Below are positions 57,449-64,000 of a DNA stretch of 64,000 bases, piece by piece. The stretch's first letter is position 1. Each line of letters opens with the position of its first letter. The DNA comes from Thermoanaerobaculia bacterium (GTDB lineage: Bacteria > Acidobacteriota > Thermoanaerobaculia > Multivoradales > UBA5704), in the NCBI GenBank assembly GCA_044226625.1, contig JBGAGQ010000009.1:44589-108588 (forward strand), in the 5' to 3' direction. Both the position numbers and the translations under genes were made by a program. Below the pieces are notes generated by a model, which saw nothing but the letters and a program-made list of their open reading frames with translations, did no database searches and was not told the origin of the DNA.

Positions 57449-58594
57449 ATGACCTCGCCCCTCACCCTCTCGACCGAACGCTACCCGGCCCCGGGCGAAA
57501 ACACGCCCGGCGAGCTCGTGTACGCCTCCGTCTTCGGCTCGTTCCGCGCCCGGTTCGACACGGCGCTCGCTCGGCTGGTCGCGGCCAAGCGGGCCGAGGC
57601 CGAAGCGATCGACCCGCCCCGGCTTGAGCTGATCGCCGGGGTGGAGCGGCTGCTCGACCTGGGCGGCAAGCGGATCCGCCCGGCGTTCGTTTGGTTCACC
57701 TACCACGCGCTCGGCGGCCGTCGCGACGAGGAAGTCCTTCCGGTCGCCCTCGCGACCGAGCTGCTGCATACCTATCTGCTCCTCCATGACGACGTGATGG
57801 ACCACGCCGACCTGCGCCGCGGCGAGCCGTCGGCCCAGGTGCGGTTCCGCGACGCCCATCGCGCCATGAACCTCGCCGGCGACGCCTCGGAGTTCGGCAT
57901 TTCGGTCGCGATCCTGCTCGGCGATCTCGCCCAGAGCTGGGCGATGGAGCAGCTGTTCGCGCTGCCGATCGAAGGCGTGCGTCGCACCGAGCTGCTGCGC
58001 GCATTCGCCGCGACCTGCGACGAGGTGATCTCCGGCCAATACGCCGAGCTGCTGATCGCCGGCCGGCGTCAGCGGCCCGGCGAGGTGGGAGAAGAGGAGT
58101 TGCTGCGCGTGCTGCAGATGAAATCCGGGCGCTACACGGCCGAACGTCCGATCCAGCTCGGTGCCCTGCTCGCGGCGGCGCCGCCGGAGCTGGCCGCCCC
58201 CCTCTGCCGCTACGGCCGCTCGGTCGGCGAGGCGTTCCAACTTCAAGACGACCTGCTCGGGACGTTCGGCGACCCCGCGCGGACCGGCAAGCCGATCGAG
58301 GCGGATTTGAAAGAGGGCAAGCTCACCGTCCTCGTCCATCGCGCGCTCGCCGCCTCGGCCGAACCGGAGCGCCAGCGGATCGCGGCCGCGCTCGGCGATC
58401 CCGAGCTCACCGAGGAACGAGCCCGCGAGATCCAGCGTCTGATCGAGGCATCCGGCGCCCGGGGCCACGTCGAAGCCATGATCGAGGAGCGCCTGGCCGA
58501 CGCCCGAGACGCCCTCGCCGACCTGCCGCTCGAGCCCGAGGGAGCCGTCTTCTTCACCGGTTTGCTCGATCAGCTCCGGGGGCGGGATACGTGA
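57449..58594 (+). CDS. Short-chain polyprenyl (GGPP/FPP) synthase
   Basis: GGKRIRP; TYLLLHDDVMD...RRG; QLQDDLLG; DLKEGK. Confidence 0.9.
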   Translation: MTSPLTLSTERYPAPGENTPGELVYASVFGSFRARFDTALARLVAAKRAEAEAIDPPRLELIAGVERLLDLGGKRIRPAFVWFTYHALGGRRDEEVLPVALATELLHTYLLLHDDVMDHADLRRGEPSAQVRFRDAHRAMNLAGDASEFGISVAILLGDLAQSWAMEQLFALPIEGVRRTELLRAFAATCDEVISGQYAELLIAGRRQRPGEVGEEELLRVLQMKSGRYTAERPIQLGALLAAAPPELAAPLCRYGRSVGEAFQLQDDLLGTFGDPARTGKPIEADLKEGKLTVLVHRALAASAEPERQRIAAALGDPELTEERAREIQRLIEASGARGHVEAMIEERLADARDALADLPLEPEGAVFFTGLLDQLRGRDT

Positions 58595-59625
58595 GCACTG
58601 TCGAGCTGGGTGATCCCGCCCTCCGCGACCGCAAGGCGGAGCACATCCGGCTGGCGCTCGAGTCGCGGATGCAGGTCGAAGCGAGCGCCTTCGACTCCTA
58701 CCGCTTCGAGCACGAAGCGCTGCCCGAGATCGATTTCGACGAGATCGACCTGTCGACCGAATTCCTGGGCCGGACCCTGCGCGCGCCGCTGCTGATCTCC
58801 TCGATGACGGGCGGCACCGAGATCGCGGCGCGGATCAACCGCAACCTGGCGATCGCGGCCGAGGCGACCGGCGTTGCGGTCGGCGTCGGCTCCCAGCGCA
58901 AAGCGTTGGAGGACCCGGCCAAAGCTGATAGCTTCCAAGTTCGCGATCTCCTCCCCTCGGTGCCCCTGCTGGCGAACCTGGGCGCGGTGCAGCTGAACTA
59001 CGGCATCGGGCTCGACGAGTGCCGGCGGGCGGTGGAAATGATCGGGGCCGACGCCCTGGTGTTCCACCTGAACGCGCTTCAGGAGGCGATCCAACCCGAG
59101 GGACAGCGGAACTTCGGCGGCCTGCTCGATCGGATGGCATCGATCGCGCAGGCGATCGAAGTGCCGGTGATCGTGAAAGAGGTCGGCTCCGGCCTGTCCG
59201 AGGCGACCGGCCGGGCGCTCGCGAGCCGAGGGCTCACGATCCTCGACACCGCCGGCGTCGGCGGCACCAGCTGGGCTCGGATCGAGGCCGCTCGGGCGAG
59301 CGACCTCGACCTGGGCGAGCTGTTCGCCGACTGGGGCGTGCGGACGCCCGAATCGATCGCGGCGCTCGCGCGGATCGGCGGTCTGACGATCATCGGCAGC
59401 GGCGGCGTACGCCACGGCCTGGACGTCGCCCGCGCGCTCGCGCTCGGCGCCCGGCTCGCGGGCATGGCCTACCGCTTCCTCGCCGCGGCGACCGAGTCGC
59501 CGGAGCGGGTGATCGAGCGGATCGAGCGGACGATCCGCGAGCTGAAGATCGCGATGTTCTGTCTGGGCGCGAGGAGGCCCGCGGACTTGACCACGGCGCG
59601 GTTGGTACGAAGGCACGGAGATTGA
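58591..59625 (+). CDS. fni: Type 2 isopentenyl-diphosphate delta-isomerase
   Basis: RKAEHI, SMTGG, GSQR, HLNALQE, KEVGSG, GGTSW. Confidence 0.96.
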   Translation: MSTVELGDPALRDRKAEHIRLALESRMQVEASAFDSYRFEHEALPEIDFDEIDLSTEFLGRTLRAPLLISSMTGGTEIAARINRNLAIAAEATGVAVGVGSQRKALEDPAKADSFQVRDLLPSVPLLANLGAVQLNYGIGLDECRRAVEMIGADALVFHLNALQEAIQPEGQRNFGGLLDRMASIAQAIEVPVIVKEVGSGLSEATGRALASRGLTILDTAGVGGTSWARIEAARASDLDLGELFADWGVRTPESIAALARIGGLTIIGSGGVRHGLDVARALALGARLAGMAYRFLAAATESPERVIERIERTIRELKIAMFCLGARRPADLTTARLVRRHGD

Positions 59626-59716
59626 ACGATGGCCCGGGAACACGCCTCTCGTACCGCGGGTTCTGGATTCTCGATTGTCTTTCCCTTGACGCGTCTTTCC
59701 CCATAGGGTCTCGACG

Positions 59717-61006
59717 ATGACCATGATCAGCCCCGTCACTCCGATCGTTGCTCGGCGCTCGCGACACGACGAGCTCGTTCGCGCCCTCGTCTCTCGCGAG
59801 CTGCATTTCCACCAGCTGCCGCGCGACCTGCCGGCCGACGAGGCGAGCGAGATCCGCCGCGAGGCGATCGAGGCGCTCACCCAGACCGAGCTGCAACACA
59901 TCGCCCACCACTCGCTCGACGTGCAGCGGGCGAGCAAACGCCATTGCGAGAACTTCATCGGCGTCGCGCAGATCCCGATGGGGGTGGTCGGCCCGCTCAC
60001 CGTGCGGGGCTCCCACGCCGAGGGGGATTTCTACGTTCCGCTCGCGACCACCGAGGCCGCCCTGGTGGCGAGCACGAACCGCGGCTGCACGGCGATCCGC
60101 GAGGCGGGGGGCGCGGTGGTACGGGCCGAGGACGTCGGCATGACGCGGGCACCCGTCTTCCGCACCTCCGGCATCGAGCAGACCCAGCGTTTCCTCGCCT
60201 GGATCAAGGACCACTTCGCGGACTTGAAGGCGGTCACCGAGAAGACCAGCCATCATCTCCGTCTGGAAGACGTCCGGACCTTCGCCTTCGGCACCACGGT
60301 CTTCCTCCGCTTCCGGTTCAACGCGGGCGACGCGATGGGGATGAACATGGCGACCATCGCCTGCGACCGGGTGGTTTCCGACCTGATCGAGCCGGCGACC
60401 GGCGTCCCCTGCATCGGCCTTTCGGGCAACTACTGCGTCGACAAGAAGGCGGCCGAGATCAATTTCCAGGAAGGGCGCGGCAAGCGCATCTACGCCGAGG
60501 TGGTGCTCGGGCCCGAGGTGCTCCACGACGTGCTCAAGACCAACGCCAAGGCGCTCGTCGAGGTGCAGTACCGCAAGAACCTGCTCGGCTCGATCGCCGC
60601 CGGCTCCAAGGGGTACAACGCGCACTTCGCCAACGTTCTCGCGGCGTTCTTCATCGCGACCGGCCAGGATCCCGCGCACGTGGTCGAAGGGTCGCTCGGC
60701 ATCACCTGCATCGAGCCGCGCGGCGAGGATTCGGTGTTCGCCTCCGTCTTCCTGCCCGACGTGCCGATCGGCGCGATCGGCGGCGGCACCTCGCTCCAGA
60801 CCCAGAGCGAGGCGCTCGCCATCCTCGGCGTGGCGCCCGATCCCGACCGTCCGGGGGTCGCCGCGCTCCGGCTCGCCGAGATCCTCGGCGCCGCGGTCCT
60901 CGCGGGCGAGCTGTCGCTGATGGCGGCGTTCACCTCGCAGGACCTCGCGCGCGCCCACGAGAAGCTCGGCCGCGGCATCGAGCGGCCGACGCCGACGTTC
61001 GACTGA
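59717..61006 (+). CDS. hmgA: Class I HMG-CoA reductase (NADPH)
   Basis: ENFIG, ATTE, DAMGMNM, GNYCVDKK, GGGT, GELSL and a C-terminal His. Confidence 0.95.
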   Translation: MTMISPVTPIVARRSRHDELVRALVSRELHFHQLPRDLPADEASEIRREAIEALTQTELQHIAHHSLDVQRASKRHCENFIGVAQIPMGVVGPLTVRGSHAEGDFYVPLATTEAALVASTNRGCTAIREAGGAVVRAEDVGMTRAPVFRTSGIEQTQRFLAWIKDHFADLKAVTEKTSHHLRLEDVRTFAFGTTVFLRFRFNAGDAMGMNMATIACDRVVSDLIEPATGVPCIGLSGNYCVDKKAAEINFQEGRGKRIYAEVVLGPEVLHDVLKTNAKALVEVQYRKNLLGSIAAGSKGYNAHFANVLAAFFIATGQDPAHVVEGSLGITCIEPRGEDSVFASVFLPDVPIGAIGGGTSLQTQSEALAILGVAPDPDRPGVAALRLAEILGAAVLAGELSLMAAFTSQDLARAHEKLGRGIERPTPTFD

Positions 61007-61028
61007 CGCCTCCGACGGCCGGGATTTC

Positions 61029-62198
61029 GTGCGCGCCGCTCGCGTCTCCGTACCCGGCAAGCTGATCCTGATCGGCGAGCACGCGGTCGTCTACGGACGG
61101 CCGGCGCTCGCCACCGCGATCGACCGGCGGCTGCGAGTGACCTTCCGTCCCGCCGCATCCGGCGGCGTCTCCCTCGAGCTCCCGGGCCTGACTCACGTCG
61201 AACGAACCACCTGGAGCGCGATCGCCGAGCACGCGGAGCGTTCGTTCGCCGCCTGGGACCGCTACGACCGGGAACCGGAAGCGGACTTCTCTTTCGTCCG
61301 AGGAACCGAGGCGGCCCATCTGGTCAAGGTCGCCCTCGGCGCGGCCCTGACCCGCGCCGGTCTATCGGCGCGCGAGCTGCCGGGCGTGAGGATCGAGGTC
61401 TCGTCGGACCTGCCCGTAGGCTCCGGATTCGGCAGCTCGGCCGCCGCCGCCGTGGGGATTCTCGCTGCTTTTTCCGTCGCGTTTTCGGCGGCGGGGGCAA
61501 CACTTGCGAGTCTTCGGGCCGACGGACCGCACGCCGATCTCGACGCTCTGCTCGCGGCGGCCCTCGACGTCGAGCGATGCCAGCACGGCCGCCCTTCGGG
61601 CATCGACACCGAGACCGTGACGCGCGGCGGCCTGGTCTGGGCGGAGAGAAAGCCGACCTCGCCGGACCGGCTGACGTTCTGCTCGGTCCCCTCCGCGCCG
61701 CTCCTCTCCGCGATCGCCGTCTTCGACAGCGGGCGACCGCGCGAGACGACAGGTGAGGTGGTCGCCGCGGTCCGCCGCCAGCGCCTCCGCGATCCCGAGG
61801 CGTTCGATCGGATTCTCGACCGCTTCGAGCAGGCGACCCGTTCGTTTCGCGCGGAGATCGAAACCACCGTCCCGTCCCGACGTAATCTCATCCTCATCGT
61901 GCGTGAAGCAGAGGCTTGTCTCGAGGCCATGGGCGCGGTACCCGAGGCGGTTTCGCGGCGCATCCGGGCGATCGAAGCGGCGGGCGGCGCCGCGAAGATC
62001 TCGGGGGCCGGGGCCGCGAGCGGGGAATCCGCCGGCTCGCTCCTGGTCGTAGCTCCAGAGACCGGCCCCACATCCTTGGAACGGGCGGCGGAACCGCCGG
62101 CAACCTTCTTTCCCGCCGCGGCATCCGCGCTGGTCGGCTACGACCGTCGCGACGTCGCCCTCGGGGCGCCTGGATTGCAGATCGAGGAACCGACATGA
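61029..62198 (+). CDS. mvk: Mevalonate kinase (GHMP)
   Basis: PGKLILIGEHAVVYG, PVGSGFGSSAA, PSGID, KISGAG. Confidence 0.9.
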   Translation: MRAARVSVPGKLILIGEHAVVYGRPALATAIDRRLRVTFRPAASGGVSLELPGLTHVERTTWSAIAEHAERSFAAWDRYDREPEADFSFVRGTEAAHLVKVALGAALTRAGLSARELPGVRIEVSSDLPVGSGFGSSAAAAVGILAAFSVAFSAAGATLASLRADGPHADLDALLAAALDVERCQHGRPSGIDTETVTRGGLVWAERKPTSPDRLTFCSVPSAPLLSAIAVFDSGRPRETTGEVVAAVRRQRLRDPEAFDRILDRFEQATRSFRAEIETTVPSRRNLILIVREAEACLEAMGAVPEAVSRRIRAIEAAGGAAKISGAGAASGESAGSLLVVAPETGPTSLERAAEPPATFFPAAASALVGYDRRDVALGAPGLQIEEPT

Positions 62199-63199
62199 GC
62201 AAAGCCACTTTCGAAGCGCCCGCCAACATCGCGTTCATCAAATACTGGGGCGTGCGCGAGGCCGCGCTCTGCCTGGCGAACAATCCTTCGATCTCGATGA
62301 CGTTGAGCCACTGCGTCTCGACCTGCACCGCCGAGACGATCGACGCGGCCGAGGACGAGATCTGGCTCGCCGAGCCCGACGGCGGCTTCGTCGCGCCGAA
62401 GACCGCGTTCTCCGCGCCGATCCTGCGCCATCTCGACCGGCTGCGCGGCGAGCTCGGCATCCCGCCGGGAACGGAGCGCCTGCGCATCGCGACGCGCAAC
62501 AACTTCCCGAGCGCCGCGGGCCTCGCCTCGTCCGCCTCGGGGTTTGCCGCCCTCACGCTCGCGGCGGCGAGCGCGCTCGGCCGCGGGCTCTCGCCGCGCG
62601 AGGCGTCGCTGCTCGCCCGGCGGAGCGGCTCGGGCTCGGCGTGCCGGTCGGTCCTCGGCGGCTATGTCGAGTGGTCCGGCGAAACCGACGAGGATTCCTT
62701 CGCGCGGCCGCTCGCGCCGGCCGACCACTGGGACCTCCGCGACATCATCGCGGTGGTCGAGATCGGCGAAAAGTCGGTCTCCTCTCGGGAGGGTCACGCG
62801 CTCGCCCAGACCTCGCCCTACTATCCGCGCCGCCTGGAGCTGATCCCCGATCGGCTCGCCCGGGTCCGGCGCGCGCTCGAGGACCGGGACCTCGAGTCCC
62901 TCGGCTCGACGATCGAGGAGGAGGCGATCGACCTCCACCTGATCGCCATGTCGTCGCGGCCGGCGATCCACTACTGGAGCCCCGGGACGATCGAGGTCCT
63001 GCGGACCGTGCGCGAGCTCCGGCAGGAGGGGCTCGCCGCCTGGTCGACCATGGATGCGGGCGCGAACGTCCACGTCATCTGCGAGCCCGATTCCGAAGCG
63101 GATCTGGTCGATCGCCTGGAGAGCCTCGCGAGCGTTGGCTTCGTCATCCGCGACGGCGTCGGAGAGGGCCCGGAGCGCTCCACCGAGCACCTGATTTGA
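62195..63199 (+). CDS. mvaD: MvaD-family decarboxylase, probably mevalonate-5-phosphate decarboxylase
   Basis: NIAFIKYWG, AGLASSASGF, SGSACRS, DAGANVH; substrate inferred from the adjacent IPK and absent PMK. Confidence 0.88.
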   Translation: MSKATFEAPANIAFIKYWGVREAALCLANNPSISMTLSHCVSTCTAETIDAAEDEIWLAEPDGGFVAPKTAFSAPILRHLDRLRGELGIPPGTERLRIATRNNFPSAAGLASSASGFAALTLAAASALGRGLSPREASLLARRSGSGSACRSVLGGYVEWSGETDEDSFARPLAPADHWDLRDIIAVVEIGEKSVSSREGHALAQTSPYYPRRLELIPDRLARVRRALEDRDLESLGSTIEEEAIDLHLIAMSSRPAIHYWSPGTIEVLRTVRELRQEGLAAWSTMDAGANVHVICEPDSEADLVDRLESLASVGFVIRDGVGEGPERSTEHLI

Positions 63200-63209
63200 G
63201 CGGCGGCCG

Positions 63210-63998
63210 ATGCGCGCCCTCTTGATCAAGCTCGGCGGCAGCTTGCTCTCGGACAAAGAAGCGGCGGAGACCGCGCATCCGGACCGGATCGCCCGGCTCG
63301 CGCGGGAGATCGCCTCCGCGCGGGAAGACGCCGAGGCGAACGGCGAGCGGATCGTCCTGGGACACGGTAGCGGATCGTTCGGCCACGTGGCGGCGGCCGC
63401 GGCGGGCCTGGGCCGCGGGCCGATCGAAGCCGAGGCGTTCCCCGGCGCGAGCCGGACGCAGGAGCGCGCGGCGGCGCTGCACCGCCTGGTGGTCGAGGCC
63501 CTCCGGGCCGCCGGACTCGCGCCGTTCTCTCTCGCCCCTTCGAGCTTTCTCACGGCGGACGGCGGAAAGATCGCCGAGCGCTTTCTCTCCCCGGTCGCCC
63601 GGGCGCTTTCGCTCGGGTTCCTGCCCGTGGTGTACGGCGACGTCGTGCTCGACCGGGCCTGGGGCGGGGCGATCGCCTCGACCGAGGCGGTGCTCACCGA
63701 GATCGCGGTCGGGCTCCCAGCTTTGGGCATCGAGATCTCTCGTGCCCTTTGGCTCGGCGAGACCGAGGGGGTCTACGACGCTGCGGGCCGGACGATTCCC
63801 CGCCTGACCACCCTCGAGGACGCCGCGATCGGCGCGGCGCGCGGCACCGACGTGACGGGGGGCATGCGCCTTCGCGTCGCGACCTGCCTCGCGTTCGCCG
63901 AGCGCGGCATCCCGTCGACGATCTTCGACGGCCGCGCACCCGGCCGGCTGGCGGCGGCGATCCGCGGCGAAGCGGTACCCGGTACGACGATCGGTTGA
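63210..63998 (+). CDS. ipk: Isopentenyl phosphate kinase (amino-acid-kinase family)
   Basis: KLGGSLL, HGSGSFGH (IPK signature His), PVVYGD, DVTGGM. Confidence 0.9.
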   Translation: MRALLIKLGGSLLSDKEAAETAHPDRIARLAREIASAREDAEANGERIVLGHGSGSFGHVAAAAAGLGRGPIEAEAFPGASRTQERAAALHRLVVEALRAAGLAPFSLAPSSFLTADGGKIAERFLSPVARALSLGFLPVVYGDVVLDRAWGGAIASTEAVLTEIAVGLPALGIEISRALWLGETEGVYDAAGRTIPRLTTLEDAAIGAARGTDVTGGMRLRVATCLAFAERGIPSTIFDGRAPGRLAAAIRGEAVPGTTIG

Positions 63999-64000
63999 CA

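Overview
High-GC bacterial chromosomal window (about 68-70% by eye). It is diderm (OmpA, FadL) and most resembles Acidobacteriota, class Thermoanaerobaculia; that is an inference from gene content such as the acidobacterial VWA protein and ECF/CHAT clusters. The left ~16 kb is accessory. It holds a PQQ-like beta-propeller, two facing degenerate 21-bp repeat arrays beside an orphan wHTH-like gene, and three toxin-antitoxin pairs. It also holds an ECF sigma / anti-sigma / membrane-anchored TPR-CHAT protease module, and two secreted-protein genes flanking the sigma share one promoter-like motif (GTGAGGGAAwCGCC-N10-CGTT). The middle is mostly housekeeping: dauA, rlmD-like, RNase Z-like, pyrD, zapA-6S RNA-rny-ymdB, queD, trmL, trxA, ribF, rimO. 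Oddities there include an archaeal-type class II GAPDH homologue, a putative RGPP arrest-peptide leader controlling a small protein, a hybrid kinase with no ATPase domain, a stand-alone ketosynthase and a split oxoprolinase. The right end is a mevalonate operon of the haloarchaeal/Chloroflexi type (polyprenyl synthase, fni, class I hmgA, mvk, mvaD-family decarboxylase, isopentenyl phosphate kinase; no PMK in the window). It follows a degenerate sigma54 activator that has a sigma54 promoter. No rRNA, tRNA, CRISPR array or transposase was seen. All calls come from reading motifs by eye; no database searches were run.
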